Positions 32,145-41,845 are shown, counted from the stretch's first letter. The stretch: 64,000 bases of DNA from Candidatus Zhuqueibacterota bacterium (GCA_049322915.1 JBMOPW010000026.1:32001-96000); one strand, 5' to 3'. The notes: a model not told the origin generated them from the letters alone. A program made the numbers and translations.

Positions 32145-32183
32145 TTTAACAGCAATGTAATATAAAATTAATTTAGTTGTAAT
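32145..32183 (+). promoter_or_regulatory. Pho-box-like 11-bp periodic array upstream of the nonulosonate cluster
   Basis: TTTAAC (32145), TGTAAT (32156), ATTAAT (32167), TGTAAT (32178). The -10 element is less clear than at the other arrays. Confidence 0.55.
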
Positions 32184-32224
32184 CTATTTTTTATTTTTTA
32201 TAGGCTACAGTGGTGAATTGGATG

Positions 32225-32364
32225 GTAACCGTTCACAGGTTCATTGTTCAAGGTTAATGCTAACGTCCAATTGATGACGGACTCTTTGAGCAGAAAAATG
32301 TTTCGAGCAACTTTATCCAAAACCCCAACAGGGAACGCTGAACCCGGAACCTGTGAGCGACTAA
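32225..32364. mobile_element. GTAAC-end family element (type C)
   Basis: Ends gtaaccgttcacagg / cctgtgagcgactaa; sub-terminal 7-bp periodic GTTC/GAAC units as at 6346-6450. Confidence 0.6.
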
Positions 32365-32402
32365 ATTGGATGAATACCATGAAATTATTGATGTGTAGTT
32401 CA

Positions 32403-33392
32403 ATGAAAAAGAAAAAGATACTTTTCATCTGTGGCAGTTTGAATCAAACTACCATCATGTATAAAATCTATCAGCATTTAAGACATTATGATTGCCACTT
32501 CACCCCGTTTTACAGCGATGGGTATTTGAATATTTTAGCCCGAAACGGATTCCTTGACTTCACCATTTTGGGCGGACAGGCCCGAATCAATACGTTGAAA
32601 TTTCTCCACGAGAACCGATTGCCTCTCGATGATGGGGGCATGGGCCAAAATTATGATTTAGTGGTCACCGGCTCCGACCTGTTCATTCCAAAAAATATCA
32701 TCGGAAAGAAAATTGTCCTCGTTCAGGAAGGCATGACCGACCCTGAAAACTTCAAATATTATCTGGTGAAGAATCTCCATCTGCCGCGCTATCTGGCCAA
32801 CACATCTATGACCGGATTGTCCGATCAATACCAGACTTTCTGTGTAGCGTCTGAGGGATTTAAGGAACTGTTCATTCAGAAGGGCGTCAGGCCGGACAAA
32901 ATCGCCGTCACCGGCATCCCGAATTTTGATAATGTCAAAGAGCATCTTCAGAATGGTTTTCAGCACAGGAATTACACGCTGGCGGTGACGTCGCATCTGC
33001 GCGAGACCTTCAAATATGAGAACCGAATAAAATTTATCGAAAATGTCGTTGACATAGCCCGGGGCAAACAGGTCATTTTCAAATTACATCCCGGGGAAAA
33101 TGTGGAACGAGCGTCCCGGGAGATCAACAAATATGCGCCGGGCAGTCTGATTTTCACGCAGGGAAACACTAATGAGATGGTCGCCAACTGCGACGTATTT
33201 GTGACGCGCTATTCCTCGGTGCTGCTGGTCGCTCTGGCGCTCAATAAACAGATCTATGCGGATGTGGATTTTGACCTGCTGAAAAAATTAACGCCCATTC
33301 AGAACGGGGGAAAGTCGGCGCGGAAAATTGCCGATATATGTGAGTATCATCTTTACCCTACAACGTCATTTAGCAAGTTTATGGCAATATAA
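32403..33392 (+). CDS. GT-B-fold protein (CDP-glycerol/capsule transferase or epimerase-like); candidate nonulosonate transferase
   Basis: KKILFICGSLNQTT start; LVQEG, VTGIPNFD, FKLHPGE and TRYSSV motifs typical of GT-B CMP/CDP-donor transferases. The longer ORF start at 32244 lies inside a repeat. Confidence 0.65.
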   Translation: MKKKKILFICGSLNQTTIMYKIYQHLRHYDCHFTPFYSDGYLNILARNGFLDFTILGGQARINTLKFLHENRLPLDDGGMGQNYDLVVTGSDLFIPKNIIGKKIVLVQEGMTDPENFKYYLVKNLHLPRYLANTSMTGLSDQYQTFCVASEGFKELFIQKGVRPDKIAVTGIPNFDNVKEHLQNGFQHRNYTLAVTSHLRETFKYENRIKFIENVVDIARGKQVIFKLHPGENVERASREINKYAPGSLIFTQGNTNEMVANCDVFVTRYSSVLLVALALNKQIYADVDFDLLKKLTPIQNGGKSARKIADICEYHLYPTTSFSKFMAI

Positions 33393-33502
33393 TGTATGTA
33401 TTATTATTAGCAAATCCCATATATTGGGTTAATAATGCTATGTGACGTAGTAGGGTTAATTCATTGATTCGAATGAATCATTATAGACAAGAGAGCGAGT
33501 GA

Positions 33503-34525
33503 GTGAAAAGTGAACAGGATATGTCTTTTCTGATTGTGGGACTCGGTTCCATCGGGAAAAGGCATCTGCGAAATTTGCATAGTTTGGGCGTGAAAGATAT
33601 TACTGTTGTCAGCAAGGAGATTTTTCTACAGCCTGGGGAAGAATTGCCCGAGTTTCAGACAGCGCCAAATTTATCCAAAGCGCTGGAGAGAAGGTATACC
33701 GCTGCCATCATTGCATCTCCGACAGTGAATCACCTGGAGGGAGCCTTGCAGACGGCCATGGCCGGATGCCATTTGTTCATTGAAAAACCGATATCGCATT
33801 CCATGGATGGAATTCGGACATTGACGCAAATCGTGAACCAGCGCAACCTCATTGTTCAGGTCGGCTTTCAATTTCGATTTCATCCAGCTATGTTGCAAAT
33901 AAAAAAGTGGATCGATGAAGGCGTCCTCGGGAAAATCGTTTCCGCGCATTCGCATTGGGGCGAATACCTGCCCGGCTGGCATCCCTGGGAGGACTATCGG
34001 GCCGGTTACAGTGCGCGCAGCGACATGGGCGGGGGCGTCGTGCTGACGCTGTGCCATCCTTTCGACTACCTGCGTTGGCTGTTTGGCGAGGTGAAATTCA
34101 TTTATGCCGTCGTGTCGCATTCTTCCGAACTGGAAATTGACACCGAAGATACGGCCATGTCCACGCTGAAATTCGAGTCCGGCGTTGTCGGGACCGTGTA
34201 TCTGGATTACATCGAGCGACCACCCCGGCATGATCTGGTCATCATCGGCCAAAAGGGGAAAATTACCTGGTACAATGAAACGTCGTCGGCCACCCTGTTT
34301 TCCGAGGATAAACAAGAGCCGGAGATATTTCTCCCGGCCGAGGGATTTACCCGAAACAGCATGTTCGTCGATCAGTTGGCGCATTTCATTTCGAGCATAA
34401 AAAATAACCGTACGCCGGACTGCACGCTGAGGGATGGTGTTCGCGTTCTGGAAATTGCTCTGGCCGTGAAGCAATCTTCGGACCGTTGTACCGAAGTCAA
34501 TATCACGAATAATTCCTTTATTTAG
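33503..34525 (+). CDS. Gfo/Idh/MocA family oxidoreductase
   Basis: GLGSIGKRH, EKP, VGFQFRFHP and GGGVVLTLCHPFDY. Confidence 0.92.
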   Translation: MKSEQDMSFLIVGLGSIGKRHLRNLHSLGVKDITVVSKEIFLQPGEELPEFQTAPNLSKALERRYTAAIIASPTVNHLEGALQTAMAGCHLFIEKPISHSMDGIRTLTQIVNQRNLIVQVGFQFRFHPAMLQIKKWIDEGVLGKIVSAHSHWGEYLPGWHPWEDYRAGYSARSDMGGGVVLTLCHPFDYLRWLFGEVKFIYAVVSHSSELEIDTEDTAMSTLKFESGVVGTVYLDYIERPPRHDLVIIGQKGKITWYNETSSATLFSEDKQEPEIFLPAEGFTRNSMFVDQLAHFISSIKNNRTPDCTLRDGVRVLEIALAVKQSSDRCTEVNITNNSFI

Positions 34526-34614
34526 ATATGAATTAAACGGAAATTCCATGTGGGTATTTATACCAAATGTGGCAGTTTCCTCAAATCATGAATTAAATCA
34601 AAGGAGGTCGTTCT

Positions 34615-35031
34615 ATGAAGTATGGGACTCACGATATAGGCAAAATTCTGGGACTCCTGATGCTGTCCACCAGCCTGGTAACGATGCTTGAGAGCATTCT
34701 GGGAATTCTATTCGGAGTGAACCGAATTCTGGATTTGGGCTTTATTCTGACCGGCATTGTGGGAGTAGGACTTTATAACCACAAGAATTGGGCGCGGTTA
34801 TTCCTGCTTGGACTCTCGTATCTTGGAATAGCCGTCTCGGTGGTGATTGGAATTATCTATCCCATAAAGCCAGACATCGCAACTATTGAGACTAATTTTC
34901 GAGGACAGCTCATTGCCAATCCAGCCATGTGGAAGGTCTACATCGTTCTTGCGTTAGCGATTGTCTGCTTCGGATTGATTGCCTACTTCCTGCGGACAGA
35001 AAAAGCAAGGAGCGAGTTCAGCGTCGCTTAA
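34615..35031 (+). CDS. Small four-TM membrane protein
   Basis: AGGAGG RBS; four hydrophobic segments with a KNWAR loop. Confidence 0.75.
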   Translation: MKYGTHDIGKILGLLMLSTSLVTMLESILGILFGVNRILDLGFILTGIVGVGLYNHKNWARLFLLGLSYLGIAVSVVIGIIYPIKPDIATIETNFRGQLIANPAMWKVYIVLALAIVCFGLIAYFLRTEKARSEFSVA

Positions 35032-35239
35032 TACTGTGCGGTGCAGGCCGGGCAGCATTTTTTGAATATGGCGGAGTTTTGATGGGTGTTCCGGACCGTT
35101 TAATTGATTCGAAGCAGAGGGATTGTCGATTATGAAAGACAACCTCAGCGCCGGCGTTTTTGAGTCTGACGTGCGGGTGTCATTCAAGAATCGGATAATC
35201 CAGGGACCATGAATATTAAATTTATGAAGTGAGGTATTA

Positions 35240-36028
35240 TTGATGGAAAATAAAAAAAATATTATTGCGATCATTCCGGCCCGGGGCGGCTCCAAATCGA
35301 TCCCGCGAAAGAATATCAAGTACCTGGGCGGATGTCCGCTCATTTCGTACAGCATCGCTGCCGGTTTGAGTTCAGATTACATTGACCGGGTCATTGTTTC
35401 GACCGATGATGAAGAGATCGCAGAGATTGCGCTGTACTGGGGCGCGGAAGTGCCGTTCATTCGCCCGGCTGAACTGGCAGAGGATCATGTTCTGGATCTG
35501 CCGGTGTTCGACCATGCCATCCACTGGCTTGAAACCAACGAGAAGTATCGCCCCGATATTGTCGTTCAATTGCGGCCAACAACGCCATTCCGCCCGATCA
35601 ATTGCGTGGATGAAGCCATTGAGCTATTGATGCAAAGCAATGCCGACTCCGTGCGGGGAGTCACGCCGTCCGGCCAGAATCCCTACAAGATGTGGCATGT
35701 CAAAGATAACCGAATGGTGCCGATCATGGCGACAGAATTCAAAGAGCCCTACAATATGCCGCGACAGAAACTTCCGGCGACCTTCTGGCAGACGGGCCAT
35801 GTTGAGGCAATTCGGTATGAAACGATTATGCACAAGCACAGTCTGACCGGCGATTCGATTGCGCCGCTCATCATTGCCCCGGAGTATTCCATCGATCTGG
35901 ATAATGAGTTCCAGTGGGAGTTCGCCGAGTATGTGCTGGAGCATATGGAACTGCAAATTGTTCATCCCAATGAACTGTTTCTTGATCAGCGAAAACTGGG
36001 GTCGTCCATTGCCTCTCCTGTGTGGTGA
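35240..36028 (+). CDS. neuA: Acylneuraminate (CMP-nonulosonate) cytidylyltransferase
   Basis: IIPARGGSKSIPRKN, VSTDD, RPAELA, QLRPTTPFR and RQKLP. Confidence 0.92.
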   Translation: MMENKKNIIAIIPARGGSKSIPRKNIKYLGGCPLISYSIAAGLSSDYIDRVIVSTDDEEIAEIALYWGAEVPFIRPAELAEDHVLDLPVFDHAIHWLETNEKYRPDIVVQLRPTTPFRPINCVDEAIELLMQSNADSVRGVTPSGQNPYKMWHVKDNRMVPIMATEFKEPYNMPRQKLPATFWQTGHVEAIRYETIMHKHSLTGDSIAPLIIAPEYSIDLDNEFQWEFAEYVLEHMELQIVHPNELFLDQRKLGSSIASPVW

Positions 36029-36148
36029 AATGGAGATAGGTGGAGATTGCGCTGCAACTTTCGTTTAAGTCACTTTCATCGTGAAGTCCGGCTATTGCCT
36101 GAGTGAGGCGTCGAGACTCACTATGAAATGGCGATGCCTGAGCCTGTG

Positions 36149-37270
36149 TCACGCGGCTTCTTTGGCGATGTACTGCGCGCGTGACCGGCGCAACGACACC
36201 TTCCTCATTGCGCCTTTCGAACGAAATTTCACAATAAATCGGGTGATCAGATAGAGGATGCCGCCAACTGCGAGATAGGAATAGAACGTGATGAAGCGCC
36301 ATCCGGCGGTGACCATGCCAATGGTTCGAGGCGGCAGGAAGGCCAGGAAAATCAGGTAGAACGACGCTTCCGCTCCCCCTGTGGCGCCCGGCGTTGGGAT
36401 GAAAATAGCGATTGTGTTGACCATCCATTGCAGCACAAAAAACAGGATGGGTTGGACCGGCATCCCCAGGCTGGCCACCAGCGCCGAGATCACCGAATAT
36501 CTGCAGATCCACTGAATCCCTGTCAAAATTGTCGTGATGAAAAATGTGAACTTCCCCCGCCGGATGATCACGCTGTACGCCGCTTTTAAATCATGCCCAA
36601 ATTTGAACACGCCCCGACGCACTCTTGAAAAGAATGATAGCTCGCCTTCCGGAGTATGCCGGCTGAACCACGCTGGCTTGATTTTTTTCATGATGAAATA
36701 CAACAGGAAGAGCACAATCACGAGGCTGACCACGATGATGCCCACCCAGACCATCGCCCCCTGAAGTTTATGATACGCTTTGGAAAATGTGGGGAATTTC
36801 CAGGCCGCCGTCCAGATGATGGCAAGGGGCAGCGCAACGCCTAAAAACGCGATGTCCTCGATTGTGCCAATGGATGTGATTGTGAACGCCGCGCCGGAGG
36901 ATACCCGTTTTTGCATGAGCAATCCAATTTTCAAGGGAGCGCCGCCGATGGCTGAGGGACTTATCGCTGCGCTCAATTCGCTGTAAAAAATGATTTTCAG
37001 GCTCTGGAAGAACGATAATTTCCGTTTGAAAAAGTGCGCCCATAGCTTCAATCGAAACACATTGGTGAACCAGGGAATAATGATCAACAGGATAGCGAGC
37101 AGAAAATAGTGGAATGAAAAATTGATCACGGAAACCAGAGCTGTTTTATCCTTTGTGAAAATGGTAAGTCCAAGATTGATGAAGATACCAAGGGGAATGA
37201 TGAAAATGAATTTCTTCACAAGTTTGGAGAGATCGAAATTTGATGGTTGTGAATTGATTGACTTCTTCAA
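36149..37270 (-). CDS. UPF0104 / lysylphosphatidylglycerol-synthase TM-domain (flippase-like) membrane protein
   Basis: Multiple TM helices; SPSAIGG, PTPGATGGAE and WRFITFY family motifs; TTG start with GGAGA RBS. Confidence 0.88.
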   Translation of the reverse strand: MKKSINSQPSNFDLSKLVKKFIFIIPLGIFINLGLTIFTKDKTALVSVINFSFHYFLLAILLIIIPWFTNVFRLKLWAHFFKRKLSFFQSLKIIFYSELSAAISPSAIGGAPLKIGLLMQKRVSSGAAFTITSIGTIEDIAFLGVALPLAIIWTAAWKFPTFSKAYHKLQGAMVWVGIIVVSLVIVLFLLYFIMKKIKPAWFSRHTPEGELSFFSRVRRGVFKFGHDLKAAYSVIIRRGKFTFFITTILTGIQWICRYSVISALVASLGMPVQPILFFVLQWMVNTIAIFIPTPGATGGAEASFYLIFLAFLPPRTIGMVTAGWRFITFYSYLAVGGILYLITRFIVKFRSKGAMRKVSLRRSRAQYIAKEAA

Positions 37271-37488
37271 TTATAGTTGTCTCCGAAAATGATGATTCCG
37301 CTGTAATGAACCAGGATGGGTAGCTGGCTCTGATCCGCAGCGAATGTCTGAGTCCGATCTGCGTTGGGGACGCCCGCGGCGCCCGCGATGAATGAACGAG
37401 GCGCTGCGCCAGCGATTATTTTTGCCTGACTGCCAGTTCCCATGTGGCAGCAGGTGTTCGCCCTGTCTGCAATTGGTAAAACATCTTC

Positions 37489-37543
37489 AAAATAGATAAT
37501 TCATTTTACAGAACTGTTACATTGCGATTACAGATTATTGAAG
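37489..37543 (-). promoter_or_regulatory. Pho-box-like promoter for the flippase-like gene
   Basis: Minus strand CTTCAA, TGTAAT, TGTAAC, TGTAAA at 11-bp period (plus starts 37538, 37527, 37516, 37505), then 10 bp, then TATTTT. Confidence 0.65.
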
Positions 37544-37605
37544 TCTCAGCGCCGGCTGAAAATCGTTCTGAAATTCACACCGTTGTTATGAAAAGTACGC
37601 TGAAA

Positions 37606-37649
37606 TATAACCCGGGTGTAACAAAACCGTAACGTGCTTCCATTAAATT
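37606..37649 (+). promoter_or_regulatory. Pho-box-like promoter for the SDR-HAD-neuB operon
   Basis: TATAAC (37606), TGTAAC (37617), CGTAAC (37628), then 10 bp, then TAAATT (37644). Confidence 0.65.
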
Positions 37650-37693
37650 TCTGACTAATATTTTAATTTTAACATTTTTTAGAAGCGAAGTGC

Positions 37694-38506
37694 ATGAAGA
37701 CAACTGATTTATTTATCATTCAAGGCCGAGTGGCCATCGTCACGGGAGCGCTGGGACTCATTGGGAAGCATCACTGTTCTGCATTAGCCGAAGCCGGCGC
37801 CCAAGTGGTGGCGTGCGATGTGGATGAACAGAGGTGCCAGCGTTATGCTGAGTTACTGCCAACCGATTCCATCGGCGTTGGCGTGAATGTGACCGACCCT
37901 GAGTCGATCGCCCGAATGAAAGAGATCGTGCTGAATCGCTTCGGTCACGTGGATGTGCTGGTGAATAACGCGGCGATCAATGATATGTTCGAGACGCCGG
38001 CGCTCGCAGCCGAGAAATCGAAATTTGAAAATTATCCTCTGGACATGTGGCAAAAGATGCTGAATGTGAACGTGACCGGCATTTTCCTTTGTGCGCAGCA
38101 GATTGGCGCGGAGATGGCGAAACAGGGACATGGCAGTATCATCAATATAGCATCCACCTATGGCATCGTGGCGCCGGATCAGTCCATTTATAAAGACCGG
38201 CAGGGAAAACAACTGTTTTTCAAATCGCCGGCCTACCCGACGACAAAGGGGGCGGTGATTGCCTTCACCAAATTTTTGGCCGCCTATTGGGGAACCGCTG
38301 GTGTGCGGGTGAATACGCTGTCGCCCGGCGGGGTGGAAAACGGACAGGATGATTTTTTTGTGACGAATTATTCAACCAGGACGCCGCTGGGCAGAATGGC
38401 AAAACCGACAGATTACAAAGGCGCGCTGCTGTTCCTTGCCAGCGATGCCTCAAGTTATATGACAGGCGCAAATTTGGTAGTAGATGGAGGATGGACGGCA
38501 TGGTAG
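37694..38506 (+). CDS. SDR family oxidoreductase (PtmA-like, nonulosonate-cluster type)
   Basis: TGALGLIG, NNAA, ASTYG, YPTTK catalytic motif and NLVVDGGWTAW. Confidence 0.92.
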   Translation: MKTTDLFIIQGRVAIVTGALGLIGKHHCSALAEAGAQVVACDVDEQRCQRYAELLPTDSIGVGVNVTDPESIARMKEIVLNRFGHVDVLVNNAAINDMFETPALAAEKSKFENYPLDMWQKMLNVNVTGIFLCAQQIGAEMAKQGHGSIINIASTYGIVAPDQSIYKDRQGKQLFFKSPAYPTTKGAVIAFTKFLAAYWGTAGVRVNTLSPGGVENGQDDFFVTNYSTRTPLGRMAKPTDYKGALLFLASDASSYMTGANLVVDGGWTAW

Positions 38507-39054
38507 CACCGGGAGACAATCGAAGAAAAGCGCGGGGAATAAAATTAGTCATCACTGATTGCGACGGCGTTTTGACGGATAACGGCGTGTATTATTCCGA
38601 ACGCGGCGAGGAAATGAAGCGCTTTTCCATCCGCGACGGGATGGGCGTGGAACGGCTGCGCACCGTGGTCAATGTGGAAGTCGCCATCATTTCCGGTGAA
38701 AAGTCGGGATCGCTGATTAAACGGGCGGAGAAACTCAACATCACCGAACTGCATCTTGGTGTGCGGGACAAAGTGAAAGTGGTTGATGACCTCGTCCAGA
38801 GAATGAATATCGCATTGGAAAATGTAGCATACATCGGCGACGACACCAACGATGTGGAAGTGATGCAGCACGTTGGGTTGTCGGCCTGCCCCACCGATGC
38901 AACGTCATTTGCCAAAGCCGTGGCGGACTATATCTGCCGCAGCAAAGGCGGCGATGGTGCGTTCCGCGATTTTGCCGAATACATCATTGCAGCAAAGAAA
39001 TCTTTTAATAAAGCCCTAATTGGAAATGAAGATGGTGAACTGACCGTTTCATAG
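38500..39054 (+). CDS. KdsC-like HAD phosphatase (KDO-8-P / nonulosonate-9-P phosphatase)
   Basis: DCDGVLTD, RDGMG, YIGDDTND and GGDGAFRDF; start overlaps the SDR stop. Confidence 0.92.
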   Translation: MVAPGDNRRKARGIKLVITDCDGVLTDNGVYYSERGEEMKRFSIRDGMGVERLRTVVNVEVAIISGEKSGSLIKRAEKLNITELHLGVRDKVKVVDDLVQRMNIALENVAYIGDDTNDVEVMQHVGLSACPTDATSFAKAVADYICRSKGGDGAFRDFAEYIIAAKKSFNKALIGNEDGELTVS

Positions 39055-39086
39055 TTTAAAACCTTGAAAGGGAGGTTATCGGAACA

Positions 39087-39998
39087 ATGAGAAAACAGAT
39101 TAAGGTTGGTAAGCATACTATTGGTGAAGGTGAACCAACATTTGTGATTGCTGAAATAGGCATAAATCACAATGGCTCTCTTGAAATTGCAAAAAAAATG
39201 ATTGAAGGAGCTAAGTTCGCTGGATGCGATGCAGTCAAATTTCAGAAACGGACGCCTGAGTTGTGCGTGCCGTACGATCAATGGAATATCGAGCGGGACA
39301 CCCCGTGGGGCCGCATGACCTATATCGATTATCGCCATCGCATCGAATTTGACGCTGAACAGTTTGCTGAAATAGACCGGTTCTGTAAAGAGAAGGACAT
39401 CATCTGGTTCGCATCGTGCTGGGATGAGGAATCCGTCGATGTGATTGAACAATTCGACCCACTGCTCTATAAAGCGTCATCTGCGTCGTTGACGGATCAC
39501 GGGCTTTTGAAAAAAATGAAAAGCACCGGCAAACCACTCATCGTTTCCACGGGCATGTCGCAGATGGAAGAAATTCAGGAAGCCGTGACAATGCTGGGGA
39601 ATGAAAATTTAGCCATCGCGCACTCCACATCGGCCTATCCCTGCAAACCGGAGGAACTGAATTTGAAAATGATCAGGACGCTCATGGATATTTACCCGGT
39701 CCCGGTTGGCTATTCCGGCCACGAAGTCGGGCTGGCGCCGACATGGACGGCGGTGACGCTGGGCGCAACGTTTGTGGAACGGCACATTACGCTGGACAGA
39801 GCCATGTGGGGAACGGACCAGGCCGCATCCGTGGAAATTATCGGTATGTCACGTCTGGTGCACAATATCCGCGTCATTGAATTGGCTCTCGGCGATGGCA
39901 TCAAACGCGTTTATCCCAGCGAAGTTCAGGTGCGACAGAAGCTCCGTCGCAATCAAAATAATCATGACCAGGTGGATGTGGTTTCAATGGTCAATTGA
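39087..39998 (+). CDS. neuB: N-acetylneuraminate/nonulosonate(-9-phosphate) synthase, short form without C-terminal SAF domain
   Basis: IAEIGINHNG, VKFQKR, STGM, HSTSAYP, GYSGHE and ERHITLDR. Confidence 0.92.
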   Translation: MRKQIKVGKHTIGEGEPTFVIAEIGINHNGSLEIAKKMIEGAKFAGCDAVKFQKRTPELCVPYDQWNIERDTPWGRMTYIDYRHRIEFDAEQFAEIDRFCKEKDIIWFASCWDEESVDVIEQFDPLLYKASSASLTDHGLLKKMKSTGKPLIVSTGMSQMEEIQEAVTMLGNENLAIAHSTSAYPCKPEELNLKMIRTLMDIYPVPVGYSGHEVGLAPTWTAVTLGATFVERHITLDRAMWGTDQAASVEIIGMSRLVHNIRVIELALGDGIKRVYPSEVQVRQKLRRNQNNHDQVDVVSMVN

Positions 39999-40136
39999 AC
40001 GAGCCGGGTATGGGCGTGGACGATTGATTGCTTGCAGTCCAGACAAGGGTTCGCGTATCGTTGTTCTCATTAAAAGTTGATGCACATATTAAAACGCCGA
40101 GTTTGAAACCGAACAATGCAAAGGATGCTATAGTCA

Positions 40137-41069
40137 ATGAAAATTGCTCACCTGTCCGATCTGCATATTTGCCAGAAATCGCGACCCGGGAATATTAAAA
40201 ATACTGAACTTCTCCTTCAATACGCTCTGGCCCAGGGAACAGATCATTTTGCCATCACCGGGGATCTGATTCACCTGGCCAATGATGATGATTTTTACGA
40301 ACTACGAACCCTGTTTAACAAATACGATTTGATGGATCCGGCCAGACTGACCCTTGTCATCGGAAATCACGATATTTATGGCGGCGTTCATCTGGCGGAA
40401 GATGTGGTTAAATTCCCGCAGACTTGTCTCAATGTCGATTACAACAAGAAGGTTGAAAGTTTTAATAAATACTTTTTTGAAGCGTTTGAAAATTGCTATG
40501 TCTATTCAACAGAAATGGGATATCCCTTTGTCAAGACGATTGATAATGTCGCGCTGATCGGCATTAATTCTACCACGCATTATTCCATTTTGAAAAATCC
40601 ATTCGCTTCAAAAGGGTTTGTGAATAAATATCAGATCGCCGGCATCAGGCATATCATGGGTCGGTTGCATCAGCAGAACAAAGTGAAAATTGTGATGATG
40701 CATCATCATTTCAAACGGCAAAATCTGAATGATTCATTGTTTCGGAATTCCATGTTGAAGAACGTCGAAGACCTGGCGAATAATCTCTGGCGCAAGAACA
40801 GATTGCTGAAAGTTCTGCGGCGCTACAAGGTGGACTTGATTCTCCATGGCCATGAACACTATTCCGGCGAGTACGTGCACCGCAAGTTGCACATGTTGAA
40901 CGCAGGCGGAAGCATTGACAAAAACGAACCGGGCGAATTGAAGATCAATTTCATCGATGTTGATGGCAATACCTACCGTACCGAAATACGGACACTTCGC
41001 ATTCACGAGATGATGACTTTAAAAAATGTGGCCAGGGAACATTCGGAGCAAGGTGTACTCGTCAGTTGA
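40137..41069 (+). CDS. Calcineurin-like metallophosphoesterase
   Basis: SDLH, TGDL, GNHD, HHH and HGHEH motifs. Confidence 0.9.
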   Translation: MKIAHLSDLHICQKSRPGNIKNTELLLQYALAQGTDHFAITGDLIHLANDDDFYELRTLFNKYDLMDPARLTLVIGNHDIYGGVHLAEDVVKFPQTCLNVDYNKKVESFNKYFFEAFENCYVYSTEMGYPFVKTIDNVALIGINSTTHYSILKNPFASKGFVNKYQIAGIRHIMGRLHQQNKVKIVMMHHHFKRQNLNDSLFRNSMLKNVEDLANNLWRKNRLLKVLRRYKVDLILHGHEHYSGEYVHRKLHMLNAGGSIDKNEPGELKINFIDVDGNTYRTEIRTLRIHEMMTLKNVAREHSEQGVLVS

Positions 41070-41216
41070 AATAAATTTACAGGCCCCCCCCTTTAAATGA
41101 GCCACTTGAAGAGGCAGAAGCTGCCATGCAATATCCTGATTGTTTGTGATGATGGCAGATGCTTCAACAGCGGCAGTGATGAACCGATCATTTTGATTCC
41201 ACTATTTTCTCTTTAG

Positions 41217-41377
41217 CCTGCATTATTCATAGTATTTTTAAAGGAGGCTGGCTAAATTGAATGGTGCTCTTTTTAGAATAACCGTACAAAAACTGAGTTT
41301 CAAAATAGCTTAGCTTTTAGCTAATTGAAAATCTGAATGTTGACTCAAATTCTGAGCAAGTTCATGAATAATTCAGG
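41217..41377. mobile_element. 161-bp MITE (type B), copy 2, with TTAG target-site duplication
   Basis: TTAG|cctgcattattcat...atgaataattcagg|TTAG; reverse-complement match to 10055-10215. Confidence 0.85.
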
Positions 41378-41416
41378 TTAGAGCATTTACAGTTCAATGC
41401 GTCTCTTTCTCAATTC

Positions 41417-41457
41417 AAAAAACCATTCCCGTGTTGACGCGGGGATGGTTTTTTTTT
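41417..41457 (+). terminator. Rho-independent terminator
   Basis: aaaaaaccattcccgtg-ttga-cgcggggatggttttttttt hairpin with T tract. Confidence 0.8.
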
Positions 41458-41528
41458 GTCAGAGTGAAACATCTGTCGGATTGGACCAGGACCGTCGCCC
41501 GAACCCTTTCAAAAGGAACGCTTCAAAA

Positions 41529-41583
41529 CTTAAAGCGAATGTCATATCGATGAAATAGGGCTGTTACATTACCTGAGTATAAT
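41529..41583 (+). promoter_or_regulatory. Pho-box-like promoter for the small ORF at 41636
   Basis: CTTAAA (41529), TGTCAT (41540), TGAAAT (41551), TGTTAC (41562), then 10 bp, then TATAAT (41578). Confidence 0.72.
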
Positions 41584-41635
41584 GATGTCAAAACCATGCA
41601 GTCCATGTTTCGCATTATAAATGGGAGAAGCAAAA

Positions 41636-41845
41636 ATGAAGAAAAGCGAAAAGATTTTGAGCATGAAACAGAACTCAACCAATGATGGTTCATTGTGGTA
41701 TTTATACGCAGCGCTCGAACCTGCGAAATGGTTGAAATGCTATACCGACCTCATTGAACTGAATGAGCGACGGAAACAGGTTGACGGTAAAAAAAATTCC
41801 ACCAACCCACAACACTTCAGAGAGCCGCTTTTCGAATTAAAGTAA
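41636..41845 (+). CDS. Small hypothetical protein (69 aa)
   Basis: GGGAG RBS and its own Pho-box-like promoter; no recognisable family. Confidence 0.5.
   Translation: MKKSEKILSMKQNSTNDGSLWYLYAALEPAKWLKCYTDLIELNERRKQVDGKKNSTNPQHFREPLFELK

Noticed and set aside
32244..32402. 53-aa N-terminal extension of the GT-B ORF in the ORF track
   Set aside because: It runs through a type C repeat element; the protein-like sequence starts at ATG 32403.
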